64,000 nt of DNA from Squalus acanthias. Taxonomy: Eukaryota. The notes beneath the pieces are model-generated. The model searched no databases. It was not told the origin of the DNA and saw only the letters and a list, made by a program, of their open reading frames with translations. Where the stretch lies: assembly GCA_030390025.1 (NCBI GenBank), contig CM059432.1:70248001-70312000 (forward strand), in the 5' to 3' direction. This document shows, one piece after another, positions 1-12,576 of this stretch (the stretch's first letter is position 1; each line of letters opens with the position of its first letter). The translations under genes and the position numbers were made by a program.

Positions 1-1130
1 GCTAATGACGCCAATCAGGAGGCCAGCTAACGAGGCTCAAGAGCGCTACAACGCCAGCCACACTTCGACCAGGTCCATCATAGAGCAGACCATTGGGTTG
101 CTAAAGATGCGCTTCCGTTGCCTTGACCGATCAGGTGGAGCCCTGCAGTATACACCATACAGGGTCTCCAGAATGGTCGTGGTCTGCTGTACACTGCACA
201 ACATCGCACAGCGTCATGGCTCGCAGCTTCCTGATGAGCAAGCAGCTCAGTTCCAGCCCTCCTCAGATGAAGATGAGGAGGAGGAGGAGGCTGAGGAGGA
301 GGAGGAGGATCTGGAGGAGCAGGAGGAGGTCAGAGCGCTGGTGTATCGACCAGCGGCAGTGGCAGCACGCGAGCACATGGCTGCCCGGGATGCAAGGGAT
401 GAACTTATCATGGCCAGATTTGCATAGGTTGCCCAAGTTGGCACATGTCCTTGGCTCCATCCTAGGACTTCATTGACAATGGACATGACTCTCTGGCCTC
501 CTTTCACTCAGGCCACCAACCAGACAACGCAAGTGTGGTGGAGCCCGCAATGTGGAGCTTCCTAAGGCGAAAGAACAGATGGTATAACGCCAACATTTTG
601 GCTTCAAATCATTTTAATGCTTTCCAACAGGGATGGCATTTCATCAATACACAGAAACAGTCTCCCAATCTGCACACAGATCTGGAGGCTATATCCCTTG
701 CCAGCTGTACCCTCACAGCCTTGGTTTCTTTGGCAGACCTCTTCCTCCGAGATGAGTGGAAGAGCACCTCCAAGCTCTCACCCCCTCAAACAACATTTGC
801 AGCACCACATCTGAGAGCCTCGGGTAGGCCCTTGCCTTGGAATTGGATATTCGTATCTCAAAAGATGTTGGAGGTGTGCAGGAGAAGCAGGAATGCTGTG
901 GAGTGAGCCAAGAGAGCAAGAAGCCATAAAATCAGACTGGAAAAGTGCTGCCAACAGAGGCGAGTTTCAGTCCCAAAACACTAATTGAGGAAGGCATCCC
1001 ACACCTCTGAAATCAAGTGGATAATCATGAGAAAATCGCAAAATTTTGAAACCTATCAGTGGAGGCGAGTTTCAAACCCACCCAAACTGAAACCCGCCTC
1101 CATCTCGCCTCCAGTGGGAAAATCGCCCCC
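1..1130 (+). mobile_element. PIF/Harbinger DNA transposon, right part: transposase C-terminus plus Myb/SANT remnant
   Basis: Positions 2-427 read LMTPIRRPANEAQERYNASHTSTRSIIEQTIGLLKMRFRCLDRSGGALQY...VVVCCTLHN, the HARBI1/DDE_Tnp_4 C-terminus, followed by an acidic tail. The minus strand at ~660-900 reads ARAYPRLSDVVLQMLFEGVRA, a Myb_DNA-bind_5-like remnant. A TIR-like end gggaaaatcgccccc finishes at 1130. Confidence 0.85.
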
Positions 1131-1253
1131 TACACTTCAAAATGCGGTATGTAAATACAAGTTCTTTCTTTCTATAAGCATCCTTTAAAAGCAGGACTGA
1201 AGAGATCATGGACCACAGGCTCTTCAGGATGCCCTGAGAATGTCAGAGTCTTC

Positions 1254-1937
1254 GGGCTGGATTTTCATTGACCCGTGGAGGTGGGTTTGGAGGCGTGTGG
1301 GGGGTTCAAATTGAGAAAACTGGCAGGAGGGCACAAGCCTACTCCCATCCCGCCTCCACGCAATTTTCATTAAATTGTGTCTGCTGGTCCCGACTCCGTC
1401 CCGCCTCTAAGAGGTGGGATAGGCTGTTAATGCCCTTAACAAGCACTAAATTGCCTATATAATGCCATTTTGAAAAGCCTTTGTGATTTTAACCCTTTTT
1501 CTACGTGAAGCATGCCTGTTCTGAACCACGAATGTGAAACCTGGCGGGAGCACATTTGGATAGCTGACTATGGCTGGCTGGCTGGGAGTGGTGGAGGAGA
1601 CATATCTGGGAGTGGTGGTGCACAAATATCTGGGAGTGGTGGTGCAAAAATATCTGGGAGCAGACTTAGGGCTGCTGCTGCTCATTTTGCATACAGGTCC
1701 TCTCACAGCAAAGGCCAGGCAGTCTTTGCAGACCTTCAATGCAGCAGCAATGATGACATCATCAGAGGCGACTTTCAGACTGAGAACACTAATTGGGTCA
1801 TGGGTTCCCACATGCTGGAACTCAATTGCCCAATTAGGTGAAAATCGCATCAATCTCCCACATCCAATTGCAGTCGGGTGGATACACGAAAAGTGGATGA
1901 CACGACCCCAACCCGCCCCAGTATCAAAATCCAGCCC
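1254..1937. mobile_element. Harbinger-type MITE
   Basis: Perfect 12-bp TIR GGGCTGGATTTT/AAAATCCAGCCC, with 3-bp TSD TTC at 1251-1253 and 1938-1940. Confidence 0.85.
1582..1660. repeat. 24-bp minisatellite, about 3.3 copies, inside the MITE
   Basis: ctgggagtggtggaggagacatat / ctgggagtggtggtgcacaaatat / ctgggagtggtggtgcaaaaatat / ctgggag. Confidence 0.85.
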
Positions 1938-3228
1938 TTCATCTTCCACACTCTCCCCAACTCCTCTTGCACAATCACACTCAGTACATCACCTTGTGCA
2001 TCTCCTCATGCTCGTTATTTAACTCCCTGGGCGCTTATCTCTGAGCTGGTGCTTGGCAGGGAAAAGATGAACGTCAGCGTGGATGATGTAGTGCTTGCAG
2101 GGCCTGAAGCCAGTCAGCGCTATGGGCCCTTCCTGACATCCTGCCATCCTTTCTTTTCTGGCCTTTAAGCTGCTCCAGGACTTTTACGTCTTATGTCAAT
2201 ACAAGATTACCTGCACCCACCCCCCCTCCCCCCACCCCTCACAAAAAGGCCTAATTGCTTGTGACACTCTGCTGGGAATCGGACAAACAATATTTAAATT
2301 ATCTGAGCCCAAAGATTTGCTGGAGCAGCAGTGAACATGTGGGCAGGGTGGAAGTCCCATCCTGACGCTTGCTTCATGTCTGAGCAGAGACTCCCTGCCC
2401 TTATGTACAATATGAATTAATAAATCACAAAAGCACTTACAACAAAGAGAAGAAATGAAAGTACTGCAAGTTCTGTTACAGCATATTTGTATGTATCTAT
2501 TTCAACATTTCTAGTCTCAAAAATAGAAAACTAAAATATTTTTAGTCAATGGCTCTGTTGCACACAGTCTTCTGACTGTGATAGACGGTTATCTCCATCT
2601 GTTCTACCTCTTGCACTGAATTATCCTCAATCGAGTGATATCATCCTTGGGACATCCTCCATGGGAAATTTAACAGTTCAGCTGGCTAATTTACCAGTAA
2701 CCCTTTTCTTTCCTGTTTTTATAATATCTCAATCCTCATGTTTTAATGAAATCATGACTACAAGATAATTAGTTACCACCAGCGGTATTTAACAGAAATG
2801 GTTGTCGCAGGCGAGAATGCAGTGACAGTTAATTGACTTCTGCATTGTAATATTATTTTCCTATATAAAATATCAGCCAGGTTCTTTAAGTAAAAGGCAA
2901 CTTAACTACTAGAATCTAATTATAATGGGCCTACAAGTAATGACAGTAACTGATTTTCAAGTAGAAAAATGCTCCATGGGGAATTACTTTCAGTGTAAAG
3001 TTAATTCCTCTTTCTATGTGCCAACCATATAATTTTTTAATGGTTATGGACTTATTTAATGACTGACGACTTTGCATCAGCACCCAAAATAGAATTGGCT
3101 GACAATCTCCATTGAGTCGATGCAGTCACTCACTCATTCAGCCTATATCTGAACACGAACTGGAACCTCAACCCAGCCGACGATGTCAGGTCTACTCAGG
3201 GTTATGGTGCAGAGCTATAAATCACAAT

Positions 3229-3976
3229 GGGGGCAAAATTGGGTCGTGCCCCCTTTGGGGCGCTAACATCGCCGGGGCGCTACTTTTAGCGTCCCGAAAA
3301 AGTTAGTGCCCCCGCGCCCAAAATTCACTGGTAGCGCACCAAGAGGGAAGCAGGGTGCTACTGGAAGTGCCCGCCTCCCACTTGGGGCGCTGCGAGTGAA
3401 TATCGCGGCGCTATGTGCAGCAGCGCCACGGGCTGCGGCACGTTGTGCCGCGGTACTGCAGGCCTACCTCCCCTTATTAAAGGGGAGGGGCCTAGCAAGA
3501 CGCGACACGGGGCCCATCTGGGCCACCAGGGATCGGAGTACCGGCAAAAGAGCCCGGCACTCAAGAGAAGTGCCGGGCTCACGGAGGGCAGCCGGCACCC
3601 CGCGGGGGGCTGCACAGGAGGCTGGGGACAGCAACGGGGTCAGGTGCTGACAGGCGGCCAGCAACAAAAATGGCTGCCCGGTACCTCCCCTTTAATTTGC
3701 GCCACCCCAGCCGCAGGTAGGCCCCCTTCACCCTGTCGGACATAGCGTCTGGCAGTAAGTCACGGGGCGCTACCGAAGGTCACGGCCAGAGCGCTGCGCA
3801 CGGTGATGACGTCATCGCTGGAGGCGCAGCGCTGTGGGGCGCTAACGGTTACCGCCGGCGCTAACCTCCCGCTGAATTTCGCGGGAGGCGTTAGCGGCGC
3901 CACACCCAGGCGCTAGTTTCTTTGCGCCCCGTTAGTGCCCTAAATGGGAGGCACAAATCAACCGAATTTTCCCCCC
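3229..3976. mobile_element. GC/CpG-rich Harbinger-type MITE
   Basis: TIR GGGGGCAAAATT / AATTTTCCCCCC (11/12 match), TSD AAT at 3226-3228 and 3977-3979, and many subterminal GGCGCTA/TAGCGCC motifs. Confidence 0.85.
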
Positions 3977-4432
3977 AATATCTCCTAATAGGCAAAGGGT
4001 TTTTGATAAAAGGATACAGCTGAGTGAGACATAAAGGAGAAGTTGCATTAAAAGTACCTCCCTATAAATATTGGAATTCTATTTTGTTAGCATAATTATT
4101 GTTGTGACAGTCCTTTTAAGTATTATTATGCTGCACAATTTGGTTTGGACTTATTGCTCTTCTTATGCTGAGGAAAAAGTGGAGCGGGAAGGTGCACAGA
4201 TCAGCACAGGATCATGCAGCACCATAGAAAGGTCCCCAGAAAGGGCTTGTGTTGTTTTTATGGCCTCTGTTCCACTATGCTGGAGAAGCACCCACCCACC
4301 GAAGAACACAGAGAGATCCCTGCGTCCTAATGACTCACTGCAACATCCATCCCCCTTCTCACTGTTTTGGGTGCTAAGCGGAAAGTTCGCCTGTATAAAC
4401 CAGGCATTCCTCACTGCCTGGATGTAGTGAAT

Positions 4433-5185
4433 GGCCCAAAAATTGCTGTCACAATAACAGCAAGGTTAATAGCACTACCGTTATTTAAGTGCAAATGCCA
4501 CAGCAGCTTCAGGCGAGGGTAGATGCGCGATTAAACGCAGAAATCGAGAAGCTGCTATCGGAGATGCGCCGCTCTGTCATGAACTTCGTGAAAACGATAT
4601 CTCGCTGTCTGGCTCCCCATTTAAATGCATTGACCGACATGAAGTTCCTGTACTTGCACAGTAGATACAAAGTGAACTCACCACAGAAAGTTAAGTCAAG
4701 TCATTTCAAGTCTAAGTACTCTTTTAATAGCGTGATAAGCGTTAATTACTGCCAGTCAACCTCTTTGGCACTGAAAATTAATTATTACAAGTGTGGAGTC
4801 TCATTACTTCAGATTTAAATTGTTGTTGGAGATTTAAAAAACATTTTTTTTTACTTTTTCTTTCTGCTCTTTTTTCTATCTCTCTTAAACCAATATTTCT
4901 TTCCCTCTCTTTATTTCTCTTTGAATTCACCATTCTAACTTATACTTCTTTGTTCAGACCTTGCACAGTTCATTTCACAATCCTTCAATCTGATTGGTTC
5001 AGGAGATATACAGTTACTTACTCTGTTCACTCAGATCCCAGATGCCCTGTAGAGGACGCCATGCCATTTCCATCTCGCTCTTCCAGCAACTTGCAGGGCA
5101 AAATATCATAGAGAGTAAATGGGCAAGGACGAGTCTAACTAACTGCGGGTGATGTTCATTGGCCAGTTACAGGAATCCTTGGGCT
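4433..5185. mobile_element. Harbinger-type MITE, same family as 17324-18032
   Basis: Imperfect TIR GGCCCAAAAATTGCTGT / ACAGGAATCCTTGGGCT. Internal blocks resemble 17324-18032 (caacttcagg...tgcgc, aaagttaa/aaagttag, ctgaaaa..taatt, tctgattgg). Confidence 0.65.
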
Positions 5186-5324
5186 ATTGGCTATTGTTGA
5201 TACTTAGGCCTGAAACTGTGCTGTTTTTGTGAGTATCTCTTGTTTCTTTATCATTCTTTTCCTGTTATTAGTGAGTCCAGTTTCGTTATCTTAGGGATAT
5301 TGTTTTTATCATCTCAACACCTAA

Positions 5325-5612
5325 GGAAACATAGAAACATAGAAACATAGAATCTAGGAGCAGGAGTAGGCCATTCGGTCCGTCGAGCCTGCTCCGCCAT
5401 TCAATACGATCATGGCTGATCATCCAAATCCAGTACCCTGTCCCTGCTTTAATCCCCACAGTACACATATCCCACCCTACCCCCGTAACCCCACGTATTT
5501 AATTCCCCCTAACATATCCCATCCTATCCCCATAACCCCACATATTTAATCCCCCCTAACACTAAGGGTCAATTTATCATAGCCAAATCAACCTAACCCA
5601 CACATTTTTGGA
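5325..5612 (-). mobile_element. HE1/V-SINE-like fragment with CR1-derived 3' tail
   Basis: (catagaaa)n tail and a CR1-type 3' end (ggagcaggagtaggccattcgg...) followed by acactaagggtcaatttatcatagccaaatcaacctaacccacacatttttgga, which resembles the V-SINE core. Contains an internal duplication of about 45 bp. Confidence 0.6.
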
Positions 5613-5699
5613 ACAGTTCTCACTTTTCCTGCCCGTCCCACCCCTATTTACCATCATCTCACGGAAAACTGCCTGAAAACCAGTCAACTATGACTTTCC

Positions 5700-8600
5700 C
5701 AGGGAATCTCATTATTCTTGGTTGCATGGAGAACTAGGAGGAGCAGAATCAGAGGGAGCAGGCAAGGGCGAACGTGCACATGAAGTGTCTGTTGCCCAAA
5801 TGCCTGTATCTCCCCACTCTGGAAGTACAAAGACAGAAGAAATATTGAAAACCTCACAGATGAGCAACACTTGAAGGCTGAGGTTCCAAAGGAAACCATT
5901 CAGGATTTTTGTAGAATGCTTGCTATGGAGACCTATCTCAAGAAATCTAGCTGCCCTCTCAGTTGAAGTGAAGGTCACAGTAGCCCACAACTTCTATGCA
6001 TCTGAATCCTTTCAAGCTACAAGTGCGGATCTTAGCAATGTGTCCAGATCAGCTGCACAAAGATGTATAAGGAGTGTAACCAATGCATTATGTGAAAGAG
6101 CATCAAATTGCATAACAATGTCAATGGACTTAGAATCACAGGGTAAAAGGACTATTAGCTTCTACAGGATGATTGGCTTTTGCAGAGTACAGAGAGCCAT
6201 TGTTGGAACGTGTTGCTATAAGAGCCCCTTTCATTAATATGGCTATATAAATAGAATGTTCCAATTGTCTGTGACCATTAGCACTGCCAATGCCCTTTAG
6301 CCTAATAGCTCCTATGATGCTTTCATTCTAAAGCAGCTCTATTTCAGGGTACTGACTGTACATATGGCTGATTTTTTGGGGACCTAGGATACCCTCTCCG
6401 GCCATGCTGACGATCCCCGTGTGTTTTCCAAGGGCACTGTTGAGAAGAGCTACAACGTGTCTCATTCTTCATTCAGAGTCATAATTGAGTACACCATAAG
6501 GAATCTGAAACTGTACTTCAGGTGTCTGGATTGGTCAGGAGGAGCTTTGCAGTGCCCCCCCCCCCCCCCCCACCTTCTAGAGTATCCAGGATTGTGTTGT
6601 GCTGCATACTCCATAATATGGCACTGACAAGAGCAATACAAAAGCATCAAAAAGAGATACCAGATGAGATAGCCCAGGCAGCTGACAAAGTTGCCTTTGA
6701 TGATAATCAGGATGATGACCAGCCTCCTCCAGCTATGAGATCATTAGAAATAATCTAATCTGGAATGAGTTCAACTGATAAAAAGCATCTACATGACCCA
6801 CTGTCCAACCATTCCACCTGGAGATGACAGTCAGAAATTGGCACAATTTAAGTGGACAAATATGAGGTAGAATTTATCAGTGAAGACATATTAATCATGA
6901 AACCATTACAGCCTGACGGCTAATATCCACCATGATTCTTTTCCTTTGTGCCTTTAAGTGATCTACTTTCAGCCTCCTAATTTCGTGCTCCTGGGTACCC
7001 CCCCGCCTGAATGTCAGGAGTGACAGAGTTGGCAGGCGGCTGTTGATCAAGTAGATTCTTAGGGACCACTCATGGTAAATTTCTCACTGATCCTAAGAAG
7101 GACCAGCCTCTGATTGTTGCTCTCCAATTGTAGCTGGACCCCATGAAATTTCTTTGTGGACCAGGAGCAGCATACAGGTGTCCACTGTCCTGAGAGACTG
7201 CTGTGTCACCGAGGGGTCTTGGCACCTGCTCTCTGGCTTGTGGCACTGCATCTATTGAACCAAGGAATTGATGATTGGCATTGGCAATGGTACAACAGAT
7301 ATCAGATAAGCTGCAGCCTAGTGCTCTCTAATTGGTCAAAACCTGTAGAGATTGTACTTTCTACACAGTCACCCAAGGTTGCCAATGTAGAGACATAGGA
7401 TGCCAGACACCAACCCATACCTGACCCAGCACCTTCTCCATCAGAGTGTCCCCTACGGGCTTACTTGTGGCAGTCATTCCCCGCAAAGTGACCTGCAGTG
7501 ACTGAAAGCCATCCCTAAAAGCACAGTGAGCATCAGTGGTGGACTTCTCCACCTGTTCTGACTTTTCCCATATGTTATAGGAGACTCTCCAGAGAACTTC
7601 CACATATTTTCAATGCTCTGAAAGTATCCTCCTTTTAAATGCAAGGCAAGTGAAATCAAGATCCACTCAGCTATAGATGGATGTCGCCAAACTCTCCGAT
7701 CTTCTGCCACAGTCTCTTCCTGTTGCAGTCCTCACTCACCCTGTGTGATCTTCTAACTAGTATATCTATGGGTCCCCCGTGATTCAATCTGTGCTGTAAG
7801 GTTAGAACTGTCAGAGGAGGGTGTCTAGGAATCGAAAGACAGTTGGAGGTTTGAGTGACCAGCTTGTTCTTACTCTTCATCCTCCTCTTTCCTGTAGCAA
7901 AGAGCCAGCACAGACATGATGGACTGAATGGTCTCCTTCTGTGCTGTAAACTTCTATGGTTCTTTGGTTCCTCTGACTCTTCACCTGCAGCTTGCTGGGG
8001 TGCTGAGGGACCTATGACAGGACAACATGAGATGAAATTAAAGTGTTGCATGGGCACAAGGAATATAAGCATTCACTTAATGAAGATGAATTCTCAGAGT
8101 TCAGAGGAATGCATCTTGGATATTGAATTTTCTGATGACCAGGACTGGTAAATTGGAACAGGACGACTGCTGCCACTGCTCTCCCACTTCCCTCTCACCA
8201 CTTCCCTATGTAGCAAATCTCCCAGGTTATCGATTGCTTCCACCTCATGGGGGGTCAAGGGCCTAGTATAACCCTCCCCTCTCACCCCCAAATTCCCTCG
8301 CAACCTTCCTTTCTCTGTGGGTGCTCTTCTCCTAAGATGGGAATAAGGTGAACACTGTGAGAGACAAAACAACTGTACGGTGGAGCAGACATTGGTAGTG
8401 ACGGGCATGCTGCTATTTGGGGATGAAAATCATTTGGAAGTTCCAAACAGTGATACTAGCAAACTCAATGCACCTACAGTGTGTAGAGATTCCAGTGAGA
8501 CTAAGGGTATGTATGTTGCTGTGTGGAGGGAATGTGCCAAAGGAAACAGGGCAGAAACTCGTACAGCTTTCTATTGTTCAATGCTAATATGCCAGCTATA

Positions 8601-9706
8601 ATGCCGACAGTGGTGCCCAAATGTCTCCTGGCAGGAGCAGCTGTCGAGGCTTACCTTCTCTAACCATGTCAAGTCATTAGATTTCTGATGACACTGAAGT
8701 GCCATGTGGTGGTTGCAGGACATTATACTAGCAACCAGTGCCACTTCCCTCCACTTGCTGCTGCCTCTGAGCAAATGGCCCACTACAAAAACAAACTCTT
8801 CCTTCTCCTGACTTCTGGCAGCAATAGCTTCAGCTTATCCTCAGCAAAATTGGCAGACCTTCTCCGTCCCTTTCTCTGGCTGGCCATCTTCACCATCTGC
8901 TTCTTTGGGCTGCTTCTGCTCTTGTTCTTCTGCCTACAGGATTTCAAATTGATGCTTGTTATGTAATATTTAAAAAAAATGTCACAAATCAATATTGCAA
9001 CCCTGATTTTCACAGCCTCCACCCAACATCAACCACCTCTAGCTTGCTCCCGATCCACCCCCACCATTTTAGTTGGAGCTTTCACATGGGTGGCCCTGGC
9101 ACCCACCTGTTTCACATGAGAACCTACTTGTAATAAGCAAATTGAAGACCTGTGCCTATTGTAGGCTCCCAATCCAATTTTGAGGAACCAATAGGCGGAG
9201 CATGCACCACACTCTCCACCTATTGGCACTGAGTGTTAAGCGGCCTAACCAACAGTCCTTAAAGGAACCACTGTAGGCCACTCCTGAAATAGGTCTTTAT
9301 TTTTTTAAGATTTTTGTGGGGACGGAAGGAGCGATTGCTTCCCCCTCTTAACGTTGAACTTCTGACTTGGCAGATTTTCATCTCCACCGTCCGCCCACCC
9401 CCACCCCCACCCAACCCCATTGACCAGCAAGTCACCTGTGAGCACTGATTCAGTGTCTGCAGCATACTTGGCATTATGCAGATGAGGCCATGCCTTCAAA
9501 ATTACTCAAACTCTTGCCAAGAAAATCGACCCCTACATCTCTAAACCTTTTCCAGGCCCCATACATCTTCCACTCAGCAAAGTTTATGGGCTCAGCAGCA
9601 CTGGTTGTGAATCAAGGTTCCTTCATCTGCCTCCTTCAAGAGCAGCAGGACTATTTCCTGGATCCTAAGGGACCTCTTGGTAGGTCGGGTCCACATTTTG
9701 GGGCCT
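5700..9706 (+). mobile_element. Decayed two-gene Harbinger transposon (transposase on +, Myb/SANT gene on -)
   Basis: Plus strand 5920-6760: ALSVEVKVTVAHNFYASESFQATSADLSNVSRSAAQRCIRSVTNAL, then GDLGYPL, YNVSHSSFRVIIEYTIRNLKLYFRCLDWSGGALQ and VLCCILHNMA, with frameshifts. Minus strand 8660-8900: MASQRKGRRRSANFAEDKLKLLLPEVRRRKSLF and WREVALVAS...LQCHQKSNDL. Boundaries are approximate. Confidence 0.85.
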
Positions 9707-10189
9707 GATCTCTGACCACAATGCACTGCAGGAACTTGTCCCACATTTCTGTGGATGACTATCCACACAACACTGCCTAGTCATTTAAAGTAAAATAAAA
9801 TAATAGTTTCCAGAGAGTTGCGAGACACTGCAAAAGAAGCAAGTCTCCCACACCCAGGGTACCTCCTTCCAGTGTTGGGGCAGTTAAATTAGAAGTGGTA
9901 CAGGTGAGGTTGGGAGACTGGCTGTATCTCTAGCAATATCCTTGACAACAGGCTCCCCTCCAAATCAGCGAGGACCTGCTAGTAAAGTTGAATTGAAGTT
10001 CCTGAAGATAGTTCAGTCTTTTTATCAGGGCTACTATTGTGCTAAGTGTGATGCTGCTGATCAACAGTCTAAATGCCTGGTTAAGTTACCAGAGAGACAG
10101 ATATGAAATGGAATTGAAATGCTGGATGGTCACATTTAAGACAAAACCATTATCAAATGATTAGAAGTTAGTAAGCTGTAGGGCATTAT

Positions 10190-10285
10190 CATAAAGGATT
10201 AGGCTCATGTGAAGCATAAAGACTGGCACGGACCTGTTGGGCTGAATGGCCTGTTTCTGTGCTGTAAGTACTTTGTAATTCTTTG
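10190..10285 (+). mobile_element. CR1 LINE 3' tail fragment
   Basis: gctcatgtgaagcataaagactggcacggacctgttgggctgaatggcctgtttctgtgctgtaa, the same tail seen at ~46790-46860 and ~63285-63370. Confidence 0.6.
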
Positions 10286-11681
10286 ATTAACTCTGGGTCT
10301 TGACTTCAGATGCTATGTACAGTATGTAACAATTTCAGTAGTTCAAATATCAGAATAACTTATAAGGCATACCTGTTGCTAAAATCCTGCTGATATTGAC
10401 TAAAGTGGGGAACTTTTGAGCCGGAAGCATGCAGAAACTTTGACTATGGATTATTGGAGCTGAGCGAAAGATCTTAGGACTGTAGTCTCTTCTTCTGTGG
10501 AGGTGGAGGTACCAAATGATCCCTGGCCACTTCTGAAATTGGGAACGATTGCAGATTAAAGTGAAGATGTCACACACTATATTGATGCCTGCAATGAGGA
10601 AAATGTTTCCCTGATGTTACCACAAAAAAGGGCTGTAGATTCCAGAGTCACACTTCTCAGCTGTTGCATATCATCACGGCTTGACTTCAAAGCCTGCAAA
10701 TGAATGTACTGTTCCTAGAATATCCTTCTCTTCAGGCGAGTACCCATGACATCTGGGTTGGTCTAGCTACTCGTGGTTGGGCTTGGTCCCCACATCCTCT
10801 CCCGCATCGTCATTGTCATTATCATAGTTGACGAGGAAGACTTCTTTTATCTTATGCCTCCTCCCCTTCAAGAGTGTCTTTCTCCTCTTTCTCATTGTCT
10901 GCTTTAATGGATCTGCAAGTAAAGGAGGTAATAAACTAAGAATGGGTGAGAATAACCCACTTGGAATTAAGGAAACAGACAAAAATTGAGGCAATTGGTT
11001 ATTTCCTGCTTCACAAGGATGCTCTGGCAACCGTGTAGTCTGCATCCACTAACCTGTGCTTGCACTGTCCCACCAATCTAGCCATCTCCCATGGCATGAG
11101 CAGAGTGCCTTCCCAGCAGCTCCATGGCCTGCTTGTTGTCGGAGGTGAGCTCCCTGATGTCAGGAATGACCCTTCTGGTCTCTTGCCTCTCATGAACATT
11201 CCGCACAGGCGTCTTCTGTAACAAGAATGAGGGAAATAAGTGAAGGCAAGCAATTGGCATTGGACAGCTGATGTAAGAAATCTGGTGCCATCATCCTGTT
11301 AAAGTGGAGGAAAGCATTTTAAAGTCCTGCATGCAAGTAGTTATTGTTAGGGGAGGTCGCAACATTTATTGTAAGATCCCGAGTTAATGTTCCCCTTTTC
11401 GCCACAATGCAGTGTGAAGGGTTATTTGTACAGCTATTAATTTTAGAGGGTGAAGAGTACATTGGTGCCCAGGGAAGAAAAGGGACAATGGTCGGTGTAC
11501 CTTGCATGCCCTTCTCAGGTCATTGAACTTTTTCATGCACTGGTCTGCTGGGGTGAGAGATTTGGCACACTGTATCACTGCTATCTTCATTCAAGATGTG
11601 GAGATGCCGGTGTTGGACTGGGGTGGACAAATGTGAGAAGTTGCACAACACCAGGTTATAGTCCAACAGCTTTATTTGAAA

Positions 11682-11718
11682 TCACAAGCTTTCAGAGCGC
11701 TGCTCCTTCGTCAGGTGA
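11682..11718 (-). ncRNA. Minimal type I hammerhead ribozyme motif (Penelope pLTR)
   Basis: The reverse complement reads tcac-CTGACGA-aggagc-agc-gctct-GAAA-gctt-gtga, with one G-U pair in stem II. Confidence 0.75.
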
Positions 11719-12576
11719 AGTGAAGAGATGCATATAGGCACAGCATATATAGTCAGAGAACACTGCCAGATGATTACAGTTAATCTTTCTAACTGCCCTT
11801 TATCACACCTCGGCAGAGAGATAATCACGGCAATCAAAGGTGTGGATGGTGTCCAAACAGGTCAGTCAGGAAAACATTACTTTGCTGGAAATCACAGCAG
11901 GTCCGGCCGCATCTGTGTAGAGAGAACAAGCCAACGACGACTCGAGTCTGGATGACTCTACATCAGGTGGGGTTACATGTAGCGTGACATGAACCCAAGA
12001 TCCCGGTTGAGGCCGTCCTCATGGGTGCGGAACTTGGCTATCAGTTTCTGCTTGACGATTATGCGTTGTCGTGTGTCTCGAAGGCCGCCTTGGAGAACGC
12101 TTACCCGAAGATCGGAGGCTGAATGTCCTGGCTGAAGGACATTCAGCCTCCGATCTTCGGGTAAGCGTTCTCCTAGGCGGCCTTCGAGACACACGACAAC
12201 GCAAAATCGTCAAGCAGAAACTGATAGCCAAGTTCCGCACCCATGAGGACGGCCTCAACCGGGATCTTGGGTTTATGTCACGCTACATGTAACCCCACCT
12301 GACGTAGAGTCATCCAGACTCGAGTTGTCGTTGGCTTGTTCTCTCTACACAGATGCGGCCGGACCTGCTGTGATTTCCAGCAAAAAAAGTTTTTTGTTTC
12401 TCATTCTCTTTGATGTAATGTTTTCCTGACTGACCTGTTTGGACACCATCCACACCTTTGATTGCCATGATTATCTCTCTGCCGAGGTGTGATAAAGGGC
12501 AGTTAGAAAGATTAACTGTAATCATCTGGCAGTGTTCTCTGACTATATATGCTGTGCCTATATGCATCTCTTCACT

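Noticed and set aside
1582..1660. 24-bp repeats as a possible CRISPR array
   Set aside because: Head-to-tail minisatellite with no unique spacers, inside a eukaryotic MITE, with no cas genes.
3306..3745. Overlapping GC-rich ORFs and a possible CpG-island promoter of a host gene
   Set aside because: Entirely within a TIR- and TSD-bounded MITE; the ORFs reflect low stop-codon frequency in GC-rich DNA.
5890..6760. Domesticated HARBI1 host gene
   Set aside because: Multiple frameshifts and stops plus a convergent Myb remnant indicate a dead transposon.
11728..12567. Mirror-image 75-aa and 85-aa ORFs (MHIGTAYIVREH...)
   Set aside because: Antisense by-products of the Penelope palindrome with no evidence of coding function.
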